A DNA stretch of 64,000 nucleotides from Lama glama (lineage: Eukaryota). The notes beneath the pieces are model-generated. The model was not told where the DNA came from. It did no database searches and saw only the letters and a program-made list of their open reading frames with translations. Location of the stretch: positions 53,446,001 to 53,510,000 of the forward strand of contig CM052817.1 in assembly GCA_028534125.1 (NCBI GenBank). Direction: 5' to 3'. This document shows, one piece after another, positions 12,861 through 25,017 of this stretch (the first letter of the stretch is position 1; every line of letters starts with the position of its first letter). The translations under genes were made by a program, and so were the position numbers.

Positions 12861-13028
12861 ATTTTGCTCCTCTTGGGGAGTAATGGAAAAGTTAACTATC
12901 TTGATTGTGGTGGTGGTTTCATTGGTGTATAATACATCTATCAAAATTCATCAAATTGTACATCTGAAATATGTGTAGTTTACTGTGCAGGAATCATACC
13001 ACAGTAAAGATGTTATGAAAAAAAAAAA
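12861..13028 (+). mobile_element. Older L1M (MC/ME-type) 3' terminus with poly-A
   Basis: tatcttgattgtggtggtggtttcattggtgtata...tcaaaattcatcaaattgtacatctgaaatatgtgtagtttactgt then an A run. Confidence 0.75.
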
Positions 13029-13154
13029 GGCTGCAGTTTATCCATTAGTAGATCACTCCATGGGAAAGAAACACAGTCAATCCACAGTTAGAAAGGATCG
13101 ATTTAGGACTCTGGTGCCTAAAAGTGAAGGAATTTTCCACCTGCTCCTCCCACA

Positions 13155-13270
13155 AAATAAGCCCTTCCTTTCCTGCTCTCTTTCCTCTTTCCCTTCTCTG
13201 CCTGCCCCTTCCTTCCTCTCATCTCCCATCTCCCTTTCTTCCCTTTCTTTTCTCTTTTCTTCCCTTCCTA
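13155..13270 (+). repeat. CT-rich low-complexity (polypyrimidine) tract
   Basis: cccttcctttcctgctctctttcctctttcccttctctg...tcccttcc. Confidence 0.8.
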
Positions 13271-14739
13271 TATGATGTTAGGCTTTCTGTGGATGATTCT
13301 GAAGTGGGTGATTTCCTTACTCCTGGAGTCAAGGAGAGTGGACTGTTTCTCACGGTCCCAGCTGGTGACTTCACAAGGGAGTAGCAAGAATGCATCACTT
13401 AATCCTTTACGAAGTGGTCTTGCCAGACATTTATGCCCCTGTCTGGCAAGGCTTATAATGGAAAATCAACTGGGGGAGAGTGGTAAATTAATCTCTGGTC
13501 AAACATAATTCCACTTTTAAAAGATATTCATAAATGTATGCTCTAATTGCACTTTTCTCTTCCTGCTGCACATGTGAAATCATGATGCTTGCAGATTTAT
13601 ATGTCCCAGCATAGATGGATTTGCATTCCATATTCAGCACTGGAGAGCAATTCACTCTTTGTTTATGATGGTATTTTGGGTTGTACTATTCATGTAACCC
13701 TTTTCATCACTTTTTATGCTTCAGTGAACCACATTTTAGTCATGGGTCCATTTTTGAGAATTGAGGAGATAACACAGCACAAGCAGAAAAACAAAATTAC
13801 AAATTTAATCATGTTAACAGTAGCATGAAGATGGCGTGAAAATATATTAGGTGAGACAAACTGTATCCTATTAGCTAGATATTTGCAGACAAACCAGTGC
13901 AGTCCTTAAAAGGACATGTATAACTTTAGAGAATATAATTATTATTAATTGTATGAGTAATGAGATTTCTATGCAAATAAAAATTAATCTTATATTTCAG
14001 ATGCTTTTAAGGCTATGAACAAAATAGTTTTGTGGATTTTGGATTTTTCCTCTTCAAACCTACAAACTGCCTCTAACATGGCCACAAACCCTGCTTTAAA
14101 AATACTGCTCTATCAAAGCATTATTTCTCTCTTCACATTTCTTGTTTCTAAATTTGTTCCATATTACTTTTTTTTTTGCCTTTTCCTTCTGAGACACCAT
14201 ATGTGTACACAGACACACACACACATAATAATTAGGAAATAAATTAGAAGGACCCCTGTGTTTTGACCTCTTATCATAATTTAAAGCAATTAATAAAGAG
14301 CACAGGAGCATAAAAACTTATCTTGACCTTAGAGTGCTTATCTCTAAGAAGCCAGATAAAACACAGCAGTGGCTTTCATTTGTCTACAGCTTACATCTTC
14401 TCCACAGAATACGCAATGACTGCATCCTTATTCAAGAGTGATTCTGTGTAATCTCCGGGGTACAAAGAATCTGAAGGAAAGAGACTGATATCACAGAGGG
14501 GAAGCAAAAAAACATTGCTGATTACACAGCAATAATGATATTGCATATCTATTTAGAAAAAAACCTCCTGGAAAGATCCAAATTTACATCTCTGACACAC
14601 ACTCAATGCTATGGTGAATAAGTATATGTGTTTATGTACAAAAAATACTTAGAAGAATTTTCTAAACATATGTATTTGGTAAATTAATTTTATTGCAAAA
14701 ATAAACCAATAGCACCAATAAACCAGTTCAAATTAACTT

Positions 14740-14872
14740 CATTCTACTTCTCCTTACTTGCAACATAGGAATAATAATACTTAACTCCCCTTTTTCAGAT
14801 ACACTAAAAATCAAATAGGAAAATGTTTGTGAAATTAATTTATAACCTAAAAGCATCTACACAAATATAAAG
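14740..14872 (+). mobile_element. MIR fragment
   Basis: ttctccttacttgcaacataggaataataatacttaactcc...aaatgtttgtgaaa...aaagcatctacacaaatataa (MIR core and tail). Confidence 0.5.
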
Positions 14873-16524
14873 TTTTTTTATATAAACAGACCTCTGTTCA
14901 AATAAATGAATAAAAGATCATAGTTGAAAATCACAGTGATAACCCTAATTAACTCATAATTTATTATTTTTAGAGTAAGTTTAAATATATGTTGAAGGAA
15001 GCATATACAAGTATTTCAGTAGCACTGACATTAATCATGCTAGATCTTTACATAGGCACATATGCATGAATAAAGCAATATAACTATACACAGATTCAAT
15101 AAGCATGTTCTGAACTCATACTTTGAGCGAGACTAATTCTAGAAGAATATTTAGTCTTGACTCTCGCCGTCACTGTGTGCTGGGGCATTGGTGCATGTGC
15201 TGCTGAAATAGTCATTGTAATAAACTTTATAGAAGCAGAGGAAAAGACAGCATTAACCGAGTCCTCAGCATTTCAGTTTGTATTTTATCATTAATTTTAA
15301 AAGTCACATTGAGTGAGATACTTTATCTGGTAGAGTTTATGGGAAGATCAGTTATATACTGTGAAACTGAACGGGACAAAGGACCAAGAATGTTACAAGA
15401 GTTGCCATTACAGCAGAAATGGTGTAGTGAGTCTTGAGTTACTACATATAGCAAGCGATGCTAATAGTTTCCAGTCTCAATGGCAGACTATTCCTAAGCA
15501 AAACTTGCTTTCTACTCACAGCCACGTATATTTTTACAAAATATAATTATAAAGAGAGATTACCAAAAAAGTCATTGATCCTAAGATCGATCATAAGCTT
15601 GTTAGTGTGTTTAAACCAGGCCTAAAATGGATAAAACTAAACAATGAACTTTTTAGAGCTTTTTTTCTATTGTCAGAACTAAGAATTCTCAGTACTATTA
15701 TGATGTTAAAATGATGTCATGATAGAAGTCGGACAGTATGACAACTCTATTTCACATACCTGAGAAGAAGGCCCTGTTTAAAACTTCTTGGCTATTATTT
15801 TGAAGAAATAGATGAATCCTCAGGCAGTCAGGCCAAAGAGTAGATGAACTGAAAAGGTGGATAATTTTTGGAACTTCAAAAACATAGCATAGAAGGAAAA
15901 ACAGGGGTGCTTTTTTATAAGGGAACTAAAATACAGACTCCCTGACAAATACAGACTCTCTGATAAAAAAGATGTATTACATTTTTAAAAAAATCATTAT
16001 ATTTCTTCATGTAATACACTTGAAATAACTTTAAGTGGTTCTTGTCAAGGCTTTTATTAGGTATATGCAGCTATGATCACTTTTGTCACCTAATATTTGG
16101 TAGATACTTCAAAATTATTCACTTGCCTCCTTTACAATAGACACCAATAGAAGAAGGAGATGAAATGCTGAGTTACATGCTACCAAACACCACACTGGAG
16201 GTCAGCTGAAGTGATCTCTTCTTGATAGAAAGTCTGATTCAAGGACATGTAGACTCAAAAAGAATGGGAGATTTTAGAGACAAAAAAATTGTTGAAATAC
16301 GTAAATACATTTATAAGAAACCAGTAAGTCAAATAAAGGTTAGAAAAATCTAATGAACCTATATGAGACAAAGTTTGAGAAGGTAAGTTTTGGCTTTGCC
16401 TTGTGTAAACTGATTTCCTTAGACCAAACTTCTAAATAGAGAAGGTTGACAGACATTATTCCTAAGATTCTTCCAAGTATGGAAGGCAGGATGATGAGAC
16501 AAAGTATAGATTTTAAGGTCATTA

Positions 16525-16740
16525 TTGCCTGGATTTTAGTCTCAAATTCACTACATATTGGCTGGGCAGGCAATGGCAAGTTAATTCACTTTTCTGAGTG
16601 TAAGTTTACTCTTAAAATAAGTGTCCACCTTTCAGGACTGTAGGGGGTAGGGTTATATAAAACAATGAAAATTAAATGCTTGGCACAGAAGCTGGTATTG
16701 TAGTGGGCACCAAAACCACCTATTGCTCTTTATTAATAAA
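16525..16740 (+). mobile_element. MIR SINE
   Basis: tgcctggattttagtctc...ggcaagttaattcacttttctgagtgtaagttt...aatgcttggcacagaagctgg. Confidence 0.6.
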
Positions 16741-16974
16741 AATTCTATGGTTGATAGGAACCAGATTACCTAGGTTATAACCTAAAGGTTATTGTCTCTA
16801 GATCTTTCTAGTTAAGTGAACCTGGGCTAGTAACTATGTTTCTTTCTGTGTAAAATTAGGGTTTAAATATATGCTTTGTTTCCTTTTAGTTTGTTGTTGT
16901 AATAAAGAAAAATAAGGTGACAATGTAGTCACAAAAAGAGCAATACTCATGGACAGAGAAGGAATTAACCCTTC

Positions 16975-17150
16975 TGGGTGCTTACAGTGTACTAGATGAT
17001 TTGCCTGTAGTATCATTCAATCTCATTATAATACTGTGAGATACTTCTTTATTTCACAAGTAAGAAAATGCAGAAAGGGTAAGTGGCCCAGGGTTGGCCA
17101 AGATCACTCAACTGTTAAGTCACAGAGCAGCAAAGTCAGTCCAGGTAATG
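16975..17150 (-). mobile_element. MIR SINE
   Basis: tatcattcaatctcattataatactgtgagat...atttcacaagtaagaaaatgcagaaagggtaagtggc...ccaagatcactcaactgttaagt. Confidence 0.6.
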
Positions 17151-17496
17151 CTCACCTCCCCTCTCCACACATGGCTTCTGAAGAACTAAGGTTATTAGTA
17201 AGAGGGAAGGACTATTTAATCTTAAGGCAAGAATTATGAAGGGAAGGGAGAAGGATAGGCTAAGAGATGCTATCAGCAACTATTTAAGCATCTGCTCATT
17301 TAGCAGAACAAAAAACTAAGCTGATGAGGAATCAGAGATAATTAGTAAACAAATCACAGAGGAAATGGATAATTATTAAATCCAAGATTGTCTAATGTGT
17401 ATGTCTAATAGTGTATTTTTCCTATTTTAATAAAACTGACAGTGAGAAAGGAAGAACACTCCATGTTAATTCATCATATATTCTCATACACTTCAG

Positions 17497-17673
17497 CTAC
17501 AGATTAAAGGAACCATGCCAGTTGCTGCAACTCCAGAAAGAGAGCAAAGAAATCCTCTCCGAACCCCATGGGTTAATAGAAGTCTATCAATCACTCTGCC
17601 AGTCTTCCGGATCATTATTCAAGTTGCTATACCCAATTTTGCTGGATATATCAGATCGACTCCAGCTCCATTG
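17497..17673 (+). CDS. Candidate internal exon of an unidentified gene (unverified)
   Basis: Acceptor ttctcatacacttcag, donor ttg|gtaatt, 177 nt (multiple of 3), two stop-free plus frames, three retained CpGs, no repeat recognised. Confidence 0.3.
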
Positions 17674-18099
17674 GTAATTTTTCTCCCTAATGGGTTTGGA
17701 ATTTGTTCCTTTTTAAATTATTATTATCTTTGGGCTAATGTGCTACTCAAAATCTTTGAAAATGGTGCTAAGAATATCAGTCATTATCTCTGTGTATGTA
17801 TGTGTGAGTGCATTTAATTCACAAAATATTACCTTACTATTAATATACAGGGAATTTAAGGATATCGACAGAACAGTTATTTAGTGCTAGTTATATTAAC
17901 TGTGAATATTATGCTTTCTTATGTTTCTATTTATATAATTATTTTACATATTCTTTTGTTTATTTCAAGGGATCTTCAAGGACAGGGAAAAACAGGTGTA
18001 CATGATTCCAAGTTGATGCAGAAATTTGGCAGAGACCTAGTCATTTGAACATACTGGGAAAATTTAACTAAACATTTACCAAAACTCAAGCAGCAAACA

Positions 18100-18232
18100 G
18101 ATATATACAATAGACATATATATAATTTATTATTACTTATTATAGATATTATCATTATTATTTATAATTAATTTTACTTAATTATATTTATATATATTAT
18201 ATATAATATATTTTATACATTATATATATAAT
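18100..18232. repeat. AT-rich low-complexity / degenerate (TA)n tract
   Basis: tatattatatataatatattttatacattatatatata and similar. Confidence 0.85.
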
Positions 18233-18319
18233 AAAGCAAGGATAGCCCTTGGAGAGGAAGTTATTTGAAAAGGAAGTTTATTCTTTTATTCAGAAAACTT
18301 GTATTGCACAGGTGACATA

Positions 18320-18580
18320 CATACAAAGAAGACCAAGATCCTGCCTTCAAGCAAATAAAAAAAAAAGCAGATACCAATAAAGAACTATGTTAAGTGCAAT
18401 ATTAGAGGCACATAAGTTATGAGAATAGCATCCATATGACAAGATTCCAGAAGGCTTCCTGAAAGACACGAGAACTAAGCAGACTATGGAAGATGACCTC
18501 GTTGAAGAGGAGGGAAAGAGAACTGCAAGTAGAAGGGTCATAGGTGAAAACAACCATTTGTGAGAGACCCAGAAGCACTT
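18320..18580 (-). mobile_element. L2 fragment
   Basis: aagaccaagatcctgccttcaag...cagaaggcttcctgaaaga...ggaaagagaactgcaagtagaaggg. Confidence 0.5.
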
Positions 18581-18597
18581 TAATATTTCCAACTACA

Positions 18598-18701
18598 CCT
18601 TAATCTTCATTGGAACAGGACTTTTCATCTTTTTTGTTCAGACATGCATTCCCAGTATCTAGAACAGTGTCTGACACATAGTAACTGTTGGTTGAATGAA
18701 C
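18598..18701 (+). mobile_element. L2 3' terminus
   Basis: caggacttttcatcttttttgttca...cccagtatctagaacagtgtctgacacatagtaactgttggttgaatgaa. Confidence 0.7.
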
Positions 18702-19077
18702 ATTTACTTTATGATTTGCAAGTCAAGGAACAAAGAAATGTGAATTTGGAATGGAACCAGATCACAAAGTATATTTAAGTGTTTCTTAGTGGCACTTTTT
18801 GTACTATTTTTTCTCCTTTAGGCCATTCCAGCTCTGGAATATCTGGTGAGAACATAGATAACAAGTTACACTCTTATTCACATTTGCCCTCGAGAACTTG
18901 TCCTTGTAATGTGCAATTTTTTTTTAATTTTTGCTTATATTTGCCAGTGTAACATAACTATAGTGGCTTGCCAACTTTTCTGACCTAAAAAATATATTTT
19001 ATATCACAATCCAACAAACAGACACATATATGTATACAACTGAAACCAAAGTTTTGCCAAAAACATCTACCCTGAGT

Positions 19078-19375
19078 TTTCTTGTTTTTAAGACTTTTTT
19101 TCTTGAGTAGTTTTAGGTTTACAAAAAAATTGACAGGAAGGTTAAAGAAATTTCCCATATAATACCTCTCCACACATAAGCATCGTCATTATTTTTATTT
19201 ACCAGAGTGGTACTGTTTTTGTTATTTTTTTAAATTAAGGATGAGCGTACTTTGACACATCATAATCACCAAAGTCCACAGTTCACCTTAGTTTGGACAA
19301 AAATATAATGACATAGATATCCATCGTTAAAATGTCATACAAAATATTTTCATTGCTCTAAAATTTCTCTACTCC
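19078..19375 (-). mobile_element. L1MC-type LINE-1 3' terminus
   Basis: agtagttttaggtttacaaaaaaattgacaggaag...ccagagtggtac...ttgacacatcataatcaccaaagtccacagtt...tttggacaaa. Confidence 0.8.
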
Positions 19376-20204
19376 AGAATGGCATATGGAATCTCTTCCT
19401 TTTTACCCTTGAAAAGAGGTTCAGAGCCTTCATGTCTATAAGATCACTCATGTAATGTGGAATTTTCTTGATGCAACTTCCCATCATAATCTCCCTGTGT
19501 CCATTTACCTTGGGGTATTTATTTGCTGATAGAAACTAATTTAATTTGCCTTAAATTGTTCATGGGAGGAAACCTTCCCAGGTATCATTTTCAGACAGCT
19601 GTGGCATTGTGAAAAGACCACTGCTCATGCCCTTTGGACTTAGAAGGATTGAGTTCATATCTCAGGTCTCACATGGACCAGGCCTACAACTTCCTTTTGC
19701 ATCTATATTTAAAGTGGCATTAATATAAAGCCACAGGAGTATTGGAGATTAGGATTTATTCTCAAATAAATTTATCTCTTTGTTCCTTATCTCAATTTTG
19801 AGAGGAACAGTATCCTCTGATCATTATAGAAACATTTTTCCATTAAATCTTCATAACAAATAATGCTACAAGGTAACAATTATCACCATGCACACTTTAT
19901 TTTATAAAGCATTCATGAGACGTGCACAAGGTCAAATGTTCTATGCCTGGCTCCATAATTTTTGGGCTTTCTATCATATACTTATACCTCTCTTTGACCT
20001 TGGTTAGTCAATGAATCTGAGGCAAAGTTATTGAAAGAAGTTACTCTTCATTGTAACATAAATAAGCATAAAATAATTGCTTATTTTTTTCTTTTTGCCT
20101 TCACCAAAATAGGACAGTATCTGCCCTATGGGCAAGGTGGATACTTGTTTATGTAGATGCTTAACACATTAACTCTTATACTATTAGTTTGTATGTTTGT
20201 TATT

Positions 20205-20300
20205 TTGTGTGTATATATAGACATGTATACTATAACTTACATATGTGTATATAAACATACAAACATGTATACACACACACACACATAATTATACACACAC
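20205..20300. repeat. Degenerate (TA/CA)n microsatellite
   Basis: gtgtgtatatatagacatgtatac...acacacacacacacataattatacacacac. Confidence 0.7.
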
Positions 20301-21519
20301 TTAACATTCATTCCCTTCCTTCACTACCCTTGGCGACACTTCCAGTTTTTTCTTTGTGAAATATAGTGCCAGATCAAGCTCTTATAGATCCTAAATTTAC
20401 TTGTTTGTCATCTTATGTATGTTATTAAGATAAAAAGTAGGTTTTCAAATCAAACACATAGCAAATGAGATGCAACAAACAAGCTAACATTAATTAACAT
20501 ATTTGGTGGAAGTGTCCTGAGGAAAACAGCTGCATTAGTCTGGCACTATTAGTGAGGCAGGATATTATAAAAAGGATGCTTACCATCTACAGATACCCTG
20601 TGGTTTCTGAGACTGTCAAAAAAAAAGAGGTCCAATACTTAAGTTGCCATGGTTTCTTATAGAAATATAGTCATAAACCCTTGAAATCAGCATTTTGAAT
20701 GGTGTATACATGTGAGACATCACAAATTTTCCCATGAGTTTTCAGACTAATGATATTATACTATAAAATATCTCTTACTATTTTTGAACATGGTGGCACC
20801 CAGTAAAAATGACTGCATATGTTATTTCAAATTATATTTAATATTATCTTCATTATTTTCTTTTCCTTCCAGATGGACAGTGTGTTTTCTTCCTATTTTT
20901 AAAGACAGCAAAGTGGAAAACTGGTGAATATTATAAGGACACACCGAAAAGTGCATTGTTACTATGGCAATAAAAAAGAGAACAAATGCCTCAGTTCTTC
21001 TTGGTAAAATTCCATCTCTCTGTGTGAAATGTTGTAGCTCCCTGCATTAAATTGTAAGCAAATAGTCTTCCTGTAACATCTTTAATTGGATTAAATATGT
21101 CTATTTAATATAAATGTATTTAACAGCTGCTGAGTCCCTGGTAATTCAGTTTACAAACATGACTGAAGCCTCTTTTCTGACCTCTTTGCAGTCAATTTGG
21201 GAAAACTGATAAACTGTTAAGTTCAACACAAAGCAACAAGGGGTGCAAGAGGGGTTTGCACAGGAAGTGAAGCGTCTAACACTCTCCTCCCCTTCAACTT
21301 AAAATTCCATCTTCAATCAACTTTTCTTCAAGGAGAATTTAAAAAGTTGCTTACTTAAAATAAAAACAGACTGCTAGTAATAAATCAAGATAAAAATCTT
21401 AATAGTAGGGATATACAGAAGGCAGTATGAAAAATTATTGTAGAATAGGCTACAAGGAGCTATCAAGTATTTTTAAAAGAGAAATACAACTTTGGTGATT
21501 CTTTTTGAAACCTAGATAA

Positions 21520-21915
21520 AATCATGCTAATTCACTGCTTAAAACCATAGTTACTAGAGAGAACCTCTGAGATCTAGCCCTTGCCTACCTCTAAGGTCCC
21601 ATTCCATACCATTCTCCTTCTTTTCCATACTTAGCCACTCAGATCTTCTTTCAGTTCCTAGAACATTTTCCCTTTCCCAGGGCCTCTATATATGCTGTTC
21701 TCTCTGCTTGAAACAGCTCCCAAACTTGAAGTATTATTTTATTATATTCTTGTAAAAGCGTAAACTGTCCCTAACCTCCACCACCATCATCACTATCATC
21801 AGTCCTTCCCCAATCAGACCAGTTCCACTGTTTAATTAGTATAATCTTATCTCCATTAAATCTATTCCATATTATAATTAAATATTTTTGTGACTTGTAA
21901 GCTCCATTGAGATAA
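21520..21915 (+). mobile_element. L2 3' region truncated by the LINE-1 at about 21930
   Basis: tctttcagttcctagaaca...cccagggcctctatatatgctgttctctctgcttgaaacagctcc...gacttgtaagctccattgag. Confidence 0.65.
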
Positions 21916-23582
21916 AAAAGGTATCAAGGAGAAGTTCCCAAGATGGCAGAGTAGAAAGGCCCTGAATCCACTTTTTCTCACTGGCATGTCAAAATTACAA
22001 CTATTTACAATACAATCCTAGAAGAAAAAGACCAAAACCTACCAGAAAACATCTTCTGCGACTAAAGATATAAAGAAGAAACCACAACAAGACAGGTAGG
22101 AAGGGCAGAGTCACAGTATAGTCAAGACCCATACCCCCAGGTGGGCAACCAACAAACAGGAGAATTGCAATTGCAATTACAGAAATTGTCCCCAAGAAAT
22201 GAAATGTCTGAGCCACAGAGGGCTCCCAGCCTGGGGCTCCTGCACTAGGAAGATGACCACCCAAGAACTTTTGGCTTTGAAGACCAGCAGGGCCTACTTT
22301 CAAGAACCTCAGAGGCCTGAGGGAAATAGAGATTCCATTCTCAAAGGGAACATACAAAATATCACACGTTTTTAGGACCCAAGGAAGAAGCAAAAATATG
22401 AAAGGAGCTTTGATCAGACCTACCTGCTGATCTTGGCATGTGTCCAGGAGAGGCAGGCAGCAACTACAGTTCACTCTGAGGACATAAATACTGGCAGCAG
22501 CCATTACTGTGAGCTCATTCCACCATATGGTCACTGGTACTGGCAAGCACCATTTTGAAATCCCCCATCTAGCTTCTTAGCCTCAGCATCTAGCCCCACC
22601 TCTGCCCACAAGCCTGTAGGCACCAATGCTGGGATGCCTCAGGCCAACCATCTAAGTGGGTGGGGACACAGCCCCATCCAACAGCAGACAAGCTGCCATT
22701 AGACCCCTTGAGCCACCCCTGGACATAGTCCTGACCACCAGAGACCCCAGGACATGGCATCACACACCAGTGGGCAGGTACTAGACCTGGGACTCAACAA
22801 CCAGAGAAACCAGGACACGGGTTTGCCCACTGGTGAACAGGCACTATCCCCCAAATCCCCTAGGCTTTGGGCATGCACACTAATGAGCCCACTCTAGCAC
22901 TGGGACCAGCTTCATCCACCAGTGGGCAAGCACCAGCCCTAGGACAATTGCCTCCCTTCAGCCTAGCTAGCACCAGCCTATGTCTGGCTGGGCCCCAGCT
23001 CCAGCTACCATCAGGCCAACATAAGCTTTGCGACACCCTGGACCTCAAAGTCAATTGTCTCAGGAACTGGCCTCACCGTCCAGTGGTTCAACATCAGCTC
23101 TGGGAACCCTAGTCCCTGCAGCCAGAGCCCAAGACACAGCTCTGCCTGCCAGTGGGCCAGCACTAGCCCCAGGACCTAGCTTCATTCATTGGTGGGCAGG
23201 CACCAGTCCTGGGATCTCTTGGCCCCTGACTCAGGCCAACAATGAGCCAGCACTAGCCCCAACGCCTCCCAGGCTTCCACAGACAGCCACCTCAAGACCC
23301 AGCCCACCAACCAATAGCCAGCAGCCTCTGAACAAGGCAGAGCTTGGAAATAAATAGACTTGGGACCAGGCACACCTACCAGGCTCCCACAGCAGTCAGC
23401 CTACCACAACAAAAGGACTCATGAAGCCCAAATAAGGGGAAATCCTAGAGCATACAGTTCTGGTGACCAGAGGGGTGCACTCCTGGGACATATCAGATAT
23501 CTCTTACAAAAGGTCACTTCTCCAAAATTGGGAAACATAATCAACCTATCAGATACACAGAAATAAAAACAAGTTAGGCAAA

Positions 23583-24468
23583 ATGAGGTGACAGAGGAAC
23601 ACATTTCAAACGAATGAGATAAAAGCTCAGAAGAAGTTAGTAAAGTGGGAAATAGGCAATCTACTCAAGAAAGAGTTCAAGGTAAATATCTTAAAGACGA
23701 TCAAAGAACTCTGGCTAAGAATGGATAAACAGAGAGAGAAGTTAGAATTTTTTTTAAAGAATTAGAAAAAATAAAGAACAACCGAACAGAGTTAAAGAGT
23801 GCAATCACTGAAATGACAAATACACTAGCAGGAATCAACAGAAAACTAAATGATACAGAAGAACCAGATCAGTGAGCTGGAACACAGCGTAGTGGAAATC
23901 ATTAAAGCAGAACAGAAAATTAAAAAAGAATAAAAATAAATGAGGTCAGTATAAGAGACATCTACAACAATATTAAGTGTACTAACATTTACATTATAGG
24001 GGTTCCAGAAGGAGAAGAGAGAGAGACAAAGGGACAGAGAACATAACTGAAGATGTAATAAATGAAAACTTCCCTAACCTGGGACAGGAAAGACATCCAA
24101 GTCCAGAAAACTGAGAGAATCCCATACAGGATTAGCCCAAAGAGGAACACACCAAGACACACTGTAAATTAAATGGCACATAAAATGGCAAAAATTAATG
24201 ACAAATTATTAAAAGCAGCAAGGTAAAAGCCATAAGTTACATACAAGGGAACTCCCATAAGGCTATCAGCTGACTTTTCAGCAGAAACTCTGAAGGCCAG
24301 AAGAGGGTGGCATCATAAATTTAAAGTGAAAGGTATAAACTTACAATTAATAGCAAGGCTCTCATTCAGATTTGATGGAGAAATCAAAAGTTTTTACAGA
24401 TAAGCAAAGCTAAAAAAGTTCAGCTCCACCAACCAGCTTTACAAGAAAAGTTAAAGGCAGATGTCTAA
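23583..24468 (+). pseudogene. LINE-1 ORF1p remnant
   Basis: atgaggtgacagaggaac start (internal stop); conserved cattataggggttccagaaggagaaga, aatgaaaacttccctaacctg and ataaggctatcagctgacttttcagcagaaactctg; multiple frameshifts. Confidence 0.85.
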
Positions 24469-24791
24469 ATGAAAAAGAAAAGGCCACAACTAGAAACAAT
24501 AAAATTAAATAATAAAAAAGCTCATTGATAAAGACTAATAAACAGTAAAGGTAGTAAATTGACCATGTACAAATATGACCATGTTAAAAGACAAAATCAG
24601 TAAAATTACCTACACCACACTAAGCAGTTAAGGGATACAAGAAACAAATAGATGTAAAATATGTTATCAAAAACCATAATCATCAGGCTAGGAGACTGAA
24701 AATGTAGAGTTGCTAAAATGCATTTGAAATTAAGAGATCAGCACTTAAAATTATCATATATATAAATGCAAATATACATATGTATAATCAT

Positions 24792-24839
24792 ATAGATAGA
24801 TAGATAGTTGGTTAAATGGTTAGATAGATAGATAGATAG
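24792..24839. repeat. Interrupted (GATA)n microsatellite in the L1 inter-ORF region
   Basis: atagatagatagatagttggttaaatggttagatagatagatagatag. Confidence 0.85.
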
Positions 24840-25017
24840 CTCTATGTAAATCTCATGGTAACCACAAATCAAAAATCTATGATACATACACATAAAACAA
24901 ACAGAAAGGAATCCAAATATAACCCTAAGAATAGTCACCAAATCACAAGGAAAGAGAACAAAAGAAGACAGGAACAAAAAAGAACTACAAAAAAAAAAAA
25001 GGAAAACAATGAATAAA

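Noticed and set aside
15929..15964. 18-bp tandem duplication aaatacagactc(c/t)ctga
   Set aside because: Ordinary slippage duplication with no functional signal; similar ones occur at about 6372 and 34981
17500..17680. Endogenous mononegavirus (bornavirus-like) polymerase fragment
   Set aside because: Only a vague resemblance of PEREQR...RIIIQV to the L-protein KEKELK...RIYQV region; spacing does not fit, so it cannot be supported without a search
22001..23604. Several 60-181 aa ORFs on both strands
   Set aside because: They lie in the GC-rich L1 5' UTR, where stop codons are scarce; no recognisable protein
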